This document shows, one piece after another, positions 12,761-24,722 of a stretch of DNA of 64,000 bases. Within the stretch, counting starts at the first letter, position 1; every line of letters begins with the position of its first letter. The notes under the pieces are model-generated. The model worked only from the letters and a program-made list of their open reading frames with translations. It made no database searches and had not been told where the DNA came from. The stretch comes from Ginglymostoma cirratum (taxonomy: Eukaryota), in the NCBI GenBank assembly GCA_024137785.1, contig JAHRHZ010000069.1, positions 11,640,653-11,704,652 on the forward strand, given 5' to 3'. The position numbers were made by a program, and so were the translations under genes.

Positions 12761-13884
12761 ATGGTCCTGGGTGCAATACCTACTTCCTTGAATTTTACTT
12801 CAATCAATCTGTATAACATCCAATGCAATGCTATTCAGTGCACTCAGTTTACTTGGATTCTTGCATAAAAATGAGACAGATCTTTCAAAATCTCAGTAAT
12901 ATTATCTTCATTTAATTAATCACACATTAACAGTCAGTTTAATTTCCCCAGGTCATGCCATCAACTAAGTTAATTCAAATGTATTTGGGCTTTGAGTCAG
13001 TGCTCTGCGAATGTGCCAATTAAATCAAAAATGAGGACTGCTCAATTTTGGATTTTTGTTCCAGACCCAATGAGAATGGATTTGCCTGGTGATCCATTGT
13101 ATTTTCGAGCTCAGTGTGAAATCGATGGGTTATTTGTCAAGATTCAGTATCTAATTAGTTTCTGCATTGTTGTGCACTGACACAAGTTCATATGTACCCA
13201 GATTAGATGTGAAAATGGTTAGTTAGCCCATAACAATAATGTGGGTTGCATTGTTGCCATAGCTGCAGATTCCTTGTTGCTCAATTATTTGTGATAGTAA
13301 TGGAGGTTGCGGGGAGAGGGAATCATGAGGGTTCAAAACTAGAAAATGGGGGGTAGTTCTCAGAGACCACCCCTATTTTACACTAATCCCTTGATTGTGC
13401 AAAGATTAATGTAGTTGGAGAGAGCCCCACCACACCTGACCCTTGGCAAACTGGCAATCTCTAGGTAATGGTTAATCAGTTGGATAGGCTGATACTTTTT
13501 CAGTTTGCATGGAGCTGAAATAATTCCAATTCTGTCAGGATTACGTCCTTCAAATGGTCCTTAAGAGTTCACGAGTTGAACTTTTGAGCGTCTCAATTGA
13601 CAGTCGAGTGGGAAGATTGAACTTGGGTCTTCTTGTCGAGAATGTAATTCCAGCAAAAGTGGGAACCATCGCATTTCATTAAGTTGACTTCCAGCCTCCA
13701 GATCCACTGCCTCCAGCATAGTTAGGTTCCAACTAGTCTCTTGGATATTCTGCTCAGATGAAATGAACACACAGGATGGCACTCTGTGGCTTTATTATTT
13801 TAACAGTGCTTGGATTGCGTGGAAAATTTGAAATGCACTTTGCACTTACAACCTCATACCTGCTGCAATAGTTTGATCACAGCT

Positions 13885-14351
13885 GATCTAGACCACAGGA
13901 TAACGGACTCAAGGTGGTGTTAATCACAGAACTTAGACTCTTGGTGATGATAGCAGTGCCTGGAATGGGAACTTCTGGCCCGGAGCCTGGATTCTTGGCG
14001 CTGGCGGTGTTCAGAGCAGAGACTCCTAGCAATGGTAGGCCCAGAGCCTGAGCTCTTGGTGGTGTTGGTATGTGGCAGCAGCCACAGCACTGGGGTCTCT
14101 TGGGACATTGCCATTGTTGCTGCCGCTCCCATTTCTGTGGGACTTCTTGAGGACCGGAATACCTTGCAGAGACCTTGCAGAAGCCCTGACTCCATGCTTG
14201 AGACCCCAGTTGAAAGAGAATGTGAACTCTTATTTAAACAATTTCTTTTTATCCTTACTGTAACTCAAAATGGCACTGCGTTGTGGTGGCAAAACACGTT
14301 TCACCCTATCTTCAAGATATATGCGCAACAATAAAGAAATCATTCATTCAG
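13885..14351 (+). mobile_element. Probable non-autonomous retroelement (GC-rich body, aataaa + (ttca)n tail)
   Basis: Ends in caacaataaagaaatcattcattca. A similar body/tail segment appears on the minus strand at about 21830-22330. Confidence 0.4.
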
Positions 14352-15499
14352 TAGTATATGCAACTCCAACAAGGAAGTGACGGGATTAATTGGGAACTAG
14401 TTAGCTGCAAACAGTTCTCAATCATTTAATGCATTGGGATGGATTGGTCTGATCCTGTCCATCAGCATGTAGACTTAGATAGGCTTGAGTGTGGACCTGG
14501 TCAAATATGTTCCTGGCCAAAATAATGCTGGTATAATTTTACTGACTGTCAGCATGGAATGTTGTAGTTTAGCTCTACAATGCAATCTATGACATAATGT
14601 ATCACATTAACTATAGAACAGGCAAATAAATTGCTGAAAACATTATTGAAGGAAAATTTAAAATGAATAGCAAGGTTTTGCCATCCTTTTTACCTGGCCC
14701 TTCATATATAAATTGCCCTGATGGAAACTTTTCAACATTTGGCAATCAATTTCAAGCGCTACGTGTTGAATGTGGGACAGATTTGAAGATTAAGAGTAAC
14801 AGACTGAGTTTGCTGTATGAGCTGTTGGTTTGAGGGTTGCGGCAGGGAAAAGACCATGTCCTGATTGGGATATCGTGTCAGAAGAAACATTTTTACATGC
14901 AGCGATGGATTTCAAAATTCTTGTCTTTCCTCATTTTAAGATATGCAGCTCCATCTAGTGGGAAACAACTTAAATTTAATACCAAAATAAATGTAGATTG
15001 TTAATTTAAAGATGTATTCAACCTCCTTCCTGGGACATGACACGTCTTTTAAGTGGAAATAAAATCTGATTTTTTCAGAAAATAACTGGATATTAATTGA
15101 TAGCTTATCAGAAGACAAGCTGTAAATGGAAGCCCCTCCATCAAATGGACAGCAGTGATTTGAAAGGCAGCTGAGCTTTACCCACTAACGGGGTGATATG
15201 TACTAATCTTGTCAGCAATCCCAAAATCACAATGAATTTTAAAAAATTGACCAGAAGTTATTTCTGTAAATTACTTACTGTTGAAACATTTTCTCTACTT
15301 TTGAAGTTGATGTCAATTTTTTGTTTGAAATTGCGACAAACATTTGAATTACTCAAAAAGAAAGCTCTTTATTTTATATAATTTATTTTGAAAGTCTTTA
15401 AGCAAAACAAAAACACTTCCTAATTCAAGAAGCAGCATTTGCTAATAAACAGGCAATAGTGTTCAAGGAAGTGATCTCACAGAAATCAATCTCTGGGAC

Positions 15500-16280
15500 A
15501 AATGATGGATAACCAGCTTCCTTTTACAGATTGTGTCTGAGATTTTAGCCAGAATTAATGGTTTACGGTGTGTGAAGCACATCTTTCCTGGGAGGAGTAC
15601 AGAATTCAATTTTCAAATTGATACTATAAATACGTGCCTCGACTTGACGGGTCTGCAAGAAACTGCAATCTCCTTGGATAGTGCTAAACCTGCAGAGGAG
15701 ATTTTGACAAAATCGATCCGAGTGACCAAGGGACTCAATGTCTCCTGTTTTAAAGATTCGGCTGCCCCTTTTGAAGACATGCAATCTTGCATGTTACGCT
15801 CAAGGAGATTCAGTCACATTGGTGAATCTTCCCTGCTGAATTTTGGTGGGTTTACATTTAAGATTACACTATTACCAGCTAATGAATTTATGCTTGGCAC
15901 CTGAACCTTGGAACAGCAAATTTGATGGCAGTTCTATTGATTTCTAATAAGTCAGTATGATCTCATGTGGTTACAATTCAAGCATCCCGTTCGGTCATTG
16001 CCAAGTGTCGAATTGCTGAGATTCAGACTCCGTCTTGTGGATGATATTGGGATCTGCAGAGGTTTCAAGTCAGAAAGAATGAGTGCTGACATATTATCTG
16101 CTGGTGAACTGCAGTAGCTCAGGTTAAAGTTTCAGTTATTCAAATTTGACTGCTTATCTTTAGTTCAGTATGAGGACATCATTGCTTTGTGTCAGTCTTA
16201 GTCTGTGTGAGATGAAGTGGAGAGAAATGAAATCAGTAGTTATGATGGAGAACTTGTGGTGGAAGTTGAACAGGATGACT
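15500..16280 (+). pseudogene. Highly diverged HARBI1-like / PIF-Harbinger DDE transposase fossil
   Basis: Colinear motifs with near-identical spacing to HARBI1 as recalled: HIFP; GLNVSCFKD~SLNCLMVCD; SSL; LLPANEFMLGT*~LLGDSSFFLRTW; ASRSVIAK~ATHSVIEK; RLRLVD..FKSERMSADILSAGELQ~RFRCLD..YSPEKSSHIILACCVLH; then an acidic tail. Stops and frameshifts are present. Confidence 0.55.
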
Positions 16281-16482
16281 AAATGCCAAAGAAAAACGTA
16301 CCTTAAGAAGAAGATATGCATTGAAACCATATGAATTATAATCTGACAGGAGAGGAAATTTGGAGTTCTCTTGACTGAGCACTAGCTTTTTTTCATGGGT
16401 GTTTGTGATTTAATAACTGGGAAATGGAATTAACAGCTGCAATTCTTTGACTTGTTCAAATGCTGACTTTGTTTTTTAACAG

Positions 16483-16614
16483 CTGCCCCTTACTGGATCA
16501 AAAAACCCAGGAGCAAAGTATATTTTTCTGAGGAAAATGCTGAATTAGAATGTGAAGTAGGTGGCCAGCCACAACCGGAGGTTCAATGGAAAATGAATGG
16601 AAAACCTTTGAATG
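16483..16614 (+). CDS. CHL1: L1-family CAM exon, Ig4 N-half (AAPYWIKKPRSKVYFSEENAELECEVGGQPQPEVQWKMNGKPLN)
   Basis: ttttaacag acceptor, gtgaga donor, 132 nt, phase 1-1, in frame with the flanking exons. Confidence 0.95.
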
Positions 16615-16939
16615 GTGAGAAACTTCCTTCGATCAAATAAAATTATATTCATGAAACAAAAAAAGTGCAGGACAACAAGAAAATTAATGTTAAGAAGACA
16701 ATCTATCGTAATGATCAGAAAGAAGAAATTTTCAGGGCATGTACATAAATGTTTATTGTAAAATAAGGTGGTGAGGAATGAGGGCCTATAAAGAAATGCA
16801 TATACATTTTCTTCACCTTAAATTTGGACTCTTTTCCTTGAGTTTTGATGCTGATTGCTCAGTATGTCTCATGATGAGTGGAATTTGACCACTTTAGTTT
16901 CTAGTGCAAAGTCAGTTCAGAAACTAACTGTTTGAGATA

Positions 16940-17575
16940 ACAGACAGGGGTTCACCTGCACATCTGTCAACTTGGTCTACTGTATCCGCTGCTCCCAGTG
17001 TGGCCTCCTCTACATCAGTGAGACCAAGTGTAGACTCGGATACCGTTTTGTAGACCATCGGTGCTCTGTACGCGACAAACTACACCACCTTCCGGTCGGG
17101 AACCATTTTAACTCCCCCTCCCACTCCCTGGGTGACATGTCCATCCTGGGCCTCCTCCAGTGTCACAATGACACCACCCGCAAACTGGAGGAGCAACACA
17201 TTATATTCTACCTTGGGAGCCTACAGCCCAATGGCCTAAACATGGAATTCACCTGTTTTAAAATCTCCCCACCCCCGGCCTCATCCCGTGTCCAACCCTC
17301 CTTCTCGTCCCCGCCTCCTTGATCTGAAATAACCTGTCCACCTTCTCTCCCACCTATCTGCCCCACCCATCCCACTGACCAATCGCCACTACCCCCTACC
17401 TGCACTCACCTATCACCATCCCACCTACCTTCCCTAGCCCCACCCCTCCTCTCTATTTATTTCCCTGCTTCCTTGCCCCTCCCCATTTCTGAAGAAGGGT
17501 CCCAACCCAAAATGTCAGCTTTCCTGCTCCTCTGATGCTGCCTGGCCTGCTGTGTTCCTCCACCTCCACACTGTA
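16940..17575 (+). mobile_element. Penelope-like element 3' fragment (GIY-YIG + pLTR)
   Basis: ORF 16972-17322 reads VYCIRCSQCGLLYISETKCRLG..HFNSPSH. The pLTR has a decayed hammerhead-like motif at 17489-17516. Confidence 0.88.
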
Positions 17576-17799
17576 ATGTTTTTGGGATGGAATCTTTGTG
17601 GTTGGTCTTTGTGAGAGCAAACCACTAAAGACTCTGCCTGTTGATTGACTAACTGGGGAGATTAGGCGAGATGGTGCAGCTTTCTGTCAAAGAAAGGATT
17701 TCTGTTTAAAGGGATTGCATTATATTTCAGAAAAGTTGGTTAGCACTTGGGTTTTTTAGTTTGCAGCTCCAACAGGAATGGATTGGAAACTGGGAAGTT

Positions 17800-18340
17800 T
17801 GCGCGCAAACTCTTATTTTTATCTGATGATCTTGGTGGGGGAGTGGAGGGGCTGCATTGTGGCCATGTTTTCCAAGAACTGGAGGAAAAGGGCAGCTATC
17901 TCCAACCAGGGAGGTGGGGTAGTACTGGCTAAAGAAGTAGTGGTGTGGTCCCCTCAACCTGAAGACAGTGCACCAAGAGGATCTAGTACCTCCCGAGGTC
18001 TGGTAAGGTGAGTGGCATACCACCAGTGGGATATCAATGCAAACAGCCTGTCTGATCTGGCACTCTCCTACTGAGCACACCTCAGGTTAACACGCCTTGC
18101 AGTTCCTGTCTCTCTATTTCTCTTTCTTTCTTTGCAGGCACCTCATCTGAACAGCCAGTACTCTCCCTCATTCTTAATACATCCCCCTCGCACCCATGCT
18201 TCACGGTCATCCTCCACAAATGTTCTCCTTCCCTCTGCTGCACACAAGCCTTGATAAGCCCTCACACCCCTCTGGTTTGTTTTTTTTTGCAGGAAAAGAG
18301 AGCTTTCAGCTGAGACAGAAGCAGATATCTGGAGTAATTG
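17800..18340 (+). pseudogene. Degraded Myb/SANT-like (Harbinger accessory) gene remnant with its intron
   Basis: LMILVGEWRG..FSKNWRKR, then QCTKRI*YLPRSGK|gtgagt at 17966-18007 (compare QCRKRFNDL.R..K), and an acceptor tttgcag|EKRA.. at 18293. Confidence 0.5.
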
Positions 18341-20052
18341 AAGGCAAGGAGTTCGGGAAGGGGGAGTAGGGAGAAGGGGCATGAGAGTGGGGTGTTCTTT
18401 CATGACAGGCACTTTCTTGGCCGCTGACAATAATTTTCTGACTGCTGCACTGTTCCCAGGGACTGCAGACATCAGTAGCAGCCTGCTATGAAAGCTTGAG
18501 CCTCCTGAGGCGCTTATGCGCAGGCACGTCGAGAGCTGATTTTGTGTGTTAGGAGCCCCTCTGCCTTCCCCAGCCTCTCTGCCCGTTCCCTCTCTACTGT
18601 TGAAAGACAAATGACTGAGGTAAAAGCAGGGCATGCTGCTGTCAGCATTGCCCCTGCCGCATTTGTTGATGTTGGTGAGATCCCTGCACTTGCCCCTTAG
18701 CACAGATGGATTGCAGAGCTGCCTAAGCTGCCCCTTTGTTGCTTTGCTGCCTGGTAGTGGGGAAATGGATTTGAAGGGAGGTGACACACATCACAAGTGA
18801 AGTATCTGCCTTCATCTGTGAAAGTGCACTGAGAAATATTTCAAATAATGAAAGTGGTGGATATGATTGGTGTAACTGATCAAAGGTTTGACTGTTCAAC
18901 AATTTCACAAAAAATCTCTTCTATCTGGTGACCCTCATGAATTGCTGACAGCATGGGAAACGGCTTGCAAATCCTTGATCCACTGTTAATGCTAAAGATG
19001 GTATTCCTGATGCTTTGTGCAAGGACTTAAGATATCAGAGTATCTGCTAAGAAAGACAAGTTAATAGATAGACAAGATGATCAAGCAACCTGTACAGTTC
19101 TGTAGCTGCCTCTGAGTACTGTAGTACGATAGAGAAGTCTGCAAATCCAATGACTCTGCATACTTGTTCTATCTGCTTCTCACTGGTTACGTACAATGAA
19201 ATATATTCAGATTCCTTTGTATTCAGAGTCTCAGTGCCCTCCCTACACAGCAGTGGACGGTGAACTGGGCAATGTCCATAATAGCAGCTGGCCCACCCTG
19301 CTAATTAACAAAAGCATACGGCAACAATAACCTTCATAGCAATTGACAGTGTTGCCGATGCCCGGCACTGAGGCAGAAATTCTGTTAGGTTTCAGGGAGG
19401 AGTCCTTCAGGAAACCAGGGCATCCTTGCAATCTTCCATGCTGAGGCTAATTTAGGAGCTTTGCACCCTCAAGACTCCAGCTGGCAATGGCTTCCTGCTC
19501 AGAGCTTGCTGACTGCACCTGCACTCGTACTGTTTCTAAGATGGTGTTCAGCATTACCGGCCTCATGAGTGTCACACGCGATGTCGGTGTCATTCTTGAT
19601 CTGAAATGGCACCCATTGTACCAAAATTAAATGTGCTCTGAGGCCAGTTTTTACTGTTTAGTTTGTATTACTCCTGCATGGATCTGGTGTCTAATTATGT
19701 GAGAAGAAAGCAAATGTCTAATTTTAAAAATATGTAGCTCTATCACCCCTGTTTCCTATCTTCTTTCCACTCTTTCTCACAGTCCCTCCCATCTCCTTCC
19801 ACATCCCTCACTTGCCTTCTCACTCTGTCAGTCATCTATTCTTTCCTCCTCTCCCATTCATTAGATCTGTCTACTCAATATTGATAGCAGTGATATGTTC
19901 CTTCAAATTAGTCAGACTAGTGTCAAATATAGATATGATCAGCACTGTGTTGACTTGTACTTTTCTCTGCTTCATAAGCAGGAATTAAGCAGCTGATTTC
20001 TTCCCTCCAGATTTTTCCCCTTATCCTTTTAATGGCCAATCACCCTGCTTGA

Positions 20053-20350
20053 GATTAGAATCATAGAATCCCTACAGTGCAGAAACAGGCCCTTCAGCCC
20101 AACATGGGCATGCTGACCCTGAGAGCATCCCACCCAGACTCATACCCCTATAATCCACCTCATCTACACATCCCTGAATACTGTGGGCTATTTAACATGC
20201 CCAATCCAAATAACCTGTGCATCTTTGGACTGTGGGAGGAAACCAGAGCATCGGGAGGAAACCCACACAGACAGTTGCCTGAGGCTGGAATTGAACCTGG
20301 GTCCCTGGTGCTGTGAGGCAGTATTGCTAACCACTGAGCCACTGTGCCAC
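20053..20350 (-). mobile_element. HE1-type V-SINE (internal deletion)
   Basis: Head gtggcacagtggctcagtggttagcaatactgcctcacagcaccagggacc and tail tgtagggattctatgattcta on the minus strand. Confidence 0.88.
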
Positions 20351-21146
20351 CTCCAGCCCCAGCTATTGCAGAGGCTGGTTAAGCCTGGATAGACTATTAA
20401 AGGATCTTGTTGTGCAGTGGTAATGTCTCTATCTCCAGACTAGGATGTCTGGGTTCACATCCCACCCGCTCCAGAGATATATCCTAACATGCTTGAGTGG
20501 TTTGCTTACAAAATGTATAGATTATTGTGCGGTGACACATTAACTCTTAAAGAGCGCAATAACAGTGACGCCGACTCAAGCTCACTATTATTTCTGCAAG
20601 TTTTTTTTTAGCAATTTTCATGTACAATTAAACGTAATAAGCATGTTGTGCAAGATTCCAGCAATTAATTTTTGTGTTTTCTGCAGATGACAAATGTTTC
20701 TTAAGACATGGGGATATGTGTGTTGGTTCAGGAAAGTAAATACATTTCAAAATTGGAACCTGCACCTTGCTTTGTGCCTGTAGATTTTGCGCTGAGTTTA
20801 TTTTGATAAGGATCAGTTTCCAACACGACAATAAATGATTTATATTGCAAAACAAAGAAAAATCATGCAAAGCTTGAACAAAGTTTAGTCAATACGTTAG
20901 GGACCGCACTAATGAAAAAGAATCTATGTGTAATAAGTATGGATTGAAACTGATGGACAAAAAATGTACTTTCATGTTCCAGTTGTACCACCTTCATGAC
21001 ACCTTCCCTAGAACTAATTTAAGTCACCACATGCAGTGAATTTCCTCACCATTTTCTGTCAAGAGAAATCAATAGTAGTAGAAAATAAAAAATTGCTTTG
21101 TACAAGACTGATGCTGATAATAAGAAAGACGTTTAATATATTACAG

Positions 21147-21290
21147 AGACAAAGACTGTCATTAATCGCAAGGTTTCTCAAGGTGTTATCACTCTCACAA
21201 ATCTGCAGCTGAATGACAGTGCAGTCTATCAGTGTGAAGCTTCTAACAAGCATGGATCTGTTCTTGCCAATGCAGTTATCAATGTCCTGA
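21147..21290 (+). CDS. CHL1: L1-family CAM exon, Ig4 C-half (ETKTVINRKVSQGVITLTNLQLNDSAVYQCEASNKHGSVLANAVINVL)
   Basis: ttacag acceptor, gtaagt donor, 144 nt, phase 1-1. AVYQCEASN.HG..LANA matches CHL1/L1 family. Confidence 0.95.
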
Positions 21291-22257
21291 GTAAGTATCA
21301 ATGTCGAATGATCGATTGCCCATGGTATACATAATGCCACAGACATGATCTATGGTTAGCATTTCAGTTTGATTTTTTTTTTCTTACCAGTTTAAAGATT
21401 TTCAGCTGACCCATGCCCTTTGGAAATGTATCCGACTTGGAGTATGCAGAGTTTGCTAATTAAAATTAATTCTTCAATGACCTTTCAATTTAAAAAAAGC
21501 ATTCTTGCCTTTTTCATTTTTGCAAAACTGCGGTTGTATTAAAGCTTGTGTTAAAGCACAAAACAGCGTCTGCATTTGGACGTGGATTATTGACACCAGT
21601 ACAGCACAGAAAGAGTAATGCCTTTGGAAACAGTTGAGTGACAATTCTGATTTTACTCAAAATATTTCAGCGGCTGTTCAAGTGCTTTGAGTATTTATCT
21701 ATGAAATGCTGTCAAATGTAGTTCCCAGAAATATACTGTCTAATTCATTATTTGGTAAATTATGAAAACATTTAGTTCATCAGCAAACTTTGCATGCTTT
21801 AAAATGAATGCTTGTTTGCAAAAAAATAGTTAAATGACAGATTGGATAGAAGAGAATAGAAAATAGAAGTACAGGACTACAGCGAAAAGTTTTACAATAT
21901 TGCCACTTATATCGCCACCTAGGTACGAGTACCTTAGTACAAATCTTAGGTATAAAAGAGGAATAAAAAGAAAATTAGTTGCATTACTTCACAGTGCTTA
22001 AAGAATAAATTATACATAAGTTAGTCAAAAGATTGTCATTACAGTCAGAGAAAAAAAAAATTGAATCAACATTGCATTGCAGTAGCTCAGTGCAGGGGCT
22101 TCCATGCATGGTCTAACCACCTGCACCGGATCCCAGTCCTACAACTGCCCTGGCTCTGCTCCAACCCTATGTGCTCCAAGGCAAGTTCCAGGACCACTTC
22201 CACTGCGTGGTGCTACACCTGGGACCAACTCCTCATGCCGATCGCTGCTCAGGAACT

Positions 22258-22328
22258 GCTTTCCGCACGCTGGCGTCCGTTCCAGGCCGGCTTTCCGCAC
22301 GCTGGCGTCCGTTCCAGGCCGGCTTTCC
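22258..22328. repeat. Perfect 32-bp tandem duplication (about 2.2 copies), CpG-rich
   Basis: gctttccgcacgctggcgtccgttccaggccg x2, followed by gctttcc. Confidence 0.95.
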
Positions 22329-22329
22329 C

Positions 22330-23545
22330 TTCCTTGGACCCCCTCCAAGGTCAGCTTTTCTTTCTTTAGATATGGGGTCCAAAACGGCTCACAATATTCT
22401 AAATACGATCTAACTGGAGCCTTGCACAGCCTTAGGAGTACATCTCTGCTCTGCACTCCAGCCCTCTTGAAATGAATGCTATTTGCCTTCCTAATTGTCA
22501 ACTGAATCTGTGTGTTAACTTTTAGAGAACCGTGAACTAGGACTCCCACATCCCTTTTTGCTTCAGATTTCCAATGTGTTTTCCTGTGTAGAGAATAGTC
22601 TACACCTCTATTCAAAAGTGCATAACCTCACACTTTCCCATATTGTATTCTATCTGCAACTTCTTTTCCCACTCTCCTTGCCTGTCCAAGTCCTTCTGCA
22701 GCCTCCCCACTTCATCAACACTACCTGTCCCTTCAACTACCTTTGTGTCATCTGCAACCTGAGTAACAATGGTCTCATTCTTTTGTCCGAATCATTAATA
22801 TACAATGTGAACAGTTGTCATCCCAACACACGCCCCTGTGGAACTCCACTAGTCACCAGCTTCCAACCAGAAAAAGACTCCTTCAACCCTCCTCTCTGGC
22901 TTTAGCCTGTCAGCCAATCCTCTATCCACGCCAGTACCTTGCCCCTGACACCATGGGCCCTTAGCTTATTCAGCAGCATCCTGTGTGGCACCTTGTCAAA
23001 GGCACTCTGAAATCGAAATGGATCACGTCCACTTGCTCTCTTTTGTCTAACTTGCTTGTTTCCTCCTCAAAGAATTCTAACAGATTTGTTAGGCGTGACC
23101 TACTCTTGACAAAGCCATGCTGACTCAGCCTACTTTACCATCCACTTCCAAGTACGCTGCAATCTCATCTTTAATAACGGACTCTAAAATCTTACTCGCA
23201 ACTGAGGTCTGGCTAACCAATGTATAGTTTCTGATCTTCTGCCTCATTGCCTTCTTAAACTGGGGTATTGCATTAGCCATTTTCCAGTCCTGTGGGACCT
23301 CATGTGACTCCAGTGATTCCTGAAAGATCACCACTGTTGCCTATACAATCTCCTCAGTTATCTCCTCCAGAACCCTGGTGTGTAGTACGTTTGGTCCAGC
23401 ATCAGATCTTGCAGCTTTCCCAGCACCTTCTCCTGATCGATGGCCACTACAGTCACCTCTGCCCCTGATTGTCTTGAAGTCCTGGTATTCTGCTGCTGTC
23501 TTCCACTGTGAAAACTGATGCAAAGTACCGATTGTGTTCTTCCAC
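22330..23545 (-). mobile_element. CR1 LINE ORF2 fragment
   Basis: Minus-strand remnants IFQESLESHEVPQDWKMANAIPQFKK and LCKAPVRSYLEYCEPFWTPYLKKEKLTLEGVQ. Confidence 0.88.
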
Positions 23546-24372
23546 CTGAAATTATTTAATACTGATAACCCTTAGGAAGTTGATGATTCGATAAATTGTT
23601 TCAGCTTATTAATTGAATTATTACATGTGCCTTCTGGTACATGTGCCCCAAGAGGTCCAGCTGAAAATTAGGAGTAGTCATTTACACATTACAAGAGGTC
23701 CATTTTCAATGGGTTTTCAAACAATGAGCTTAAGTTGTCAACCTGTGAAACACTCAGCAGAGTATGAACGATGTTTGCTAAACTTGGGATTCTTCTGAAA
23801 TAATTGTTCTATAAAAAGGACCAATTTTGAGGTTTCCGGCTTCCAGTAGGAACCACACCCCCTGGACCTGTTTAGTTTGTCTTAAAGCATGATCTTTGGA
23901 CAAGAGAAACTCGGAACTGTTCATGTATCCAGTTCTGTTTATACCCAATGCATTGTCTAACCATTCAGCTGTGATTCCATGAAGTTTTTGTGAGCAAAGT
24001 CAGCTGCTGTGTTTGTGCTGTGCTGCCAACCTTTTGACCAATCCTATTCCATTGCTTTTCCAAAGACTGTGCTAAATTCACAGATAAATGAGGTTATACA
24101 GCTGTGAAATAATTGAATCAGACCCCAATGAGTTGTTGCTAAGACTGCAACCCAATCTTTTTTTTCTCCATAAAGTTTAAATGCTACAATGCCGCAGAGT
24201 TGAAGACTCCACCAGTTGGCTTGTAAGAGTTCAAGAACTGCTGGCATAATAGATAAAGTATTAATAATGTAATGTCAAGTTTCAAGCACGTGAAGAATTT
24301 GCTGACATCCACTGAATAAACAGACTTTTAAGCAGTGTTTCATTTTTAATGTTCACTTATATTCATCAACAG

Positions 24373-24484
24373 ATCTTGCACCGATGATGCTGACCCCTGA
24401 TGATCAGAAATATATTGCAGTTGAAGGAAAATCCGCTCAGCTGCACTGTAAAGTATTTGGATCTCCTACACCCACAGTATTTTG
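24373..24484 (+). CDS. CHL1: L1-family CAM exon, Ig5 N-half (NLAPMMLTPDDQKYIAVEGKSAQLHCKVFGSPTPTVFW)
   Basis: caacag acceptor, gtaagg donor, 112 nt, phase 1-2. Confidence 0.95.
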
Positions 24485-24722
24485 GTAAGGATTTGTTTAA
24501 TCCTAAAAATAATGCATTGCACTGTTCTACTGTCAATACTGTTTGCAAATCATTTGCAGGTTTTAACCTCAAGGGCAATTAGGGATGGACAATACATATT
24601 AAGTGAGCCAGTAACACTCAATTGCCACAAACAATTATAAAAGAAAAACTTGTGTAGCTTTATTACACTTGTGCGTTGAAACTTAATGTGGGTGTTTCAA
24701 ATTTTGTTTTTTTTCTCTTTAG

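Noticed and set aside
15520-15530. Splice acceptor ttccttttacag feeding ORF 15533-15904 as a host exon
   Set aside because: The ORF would be phase 0 while the host intron is phase 1, and it ends in a stop. The sequence is better explained as transposase-like coding (ASFYR).
18143-18787. 214-aa minus-strand ORF
   Set aside because: No recognisable domain, and it overlaps the antisense strand of a decayed Harbinger-like remnant.
22258-22328. CRISPR-like repeat (32 bp)
   Set aside because: The units are directly adjacent with no spacers, and the context is vertebrate.
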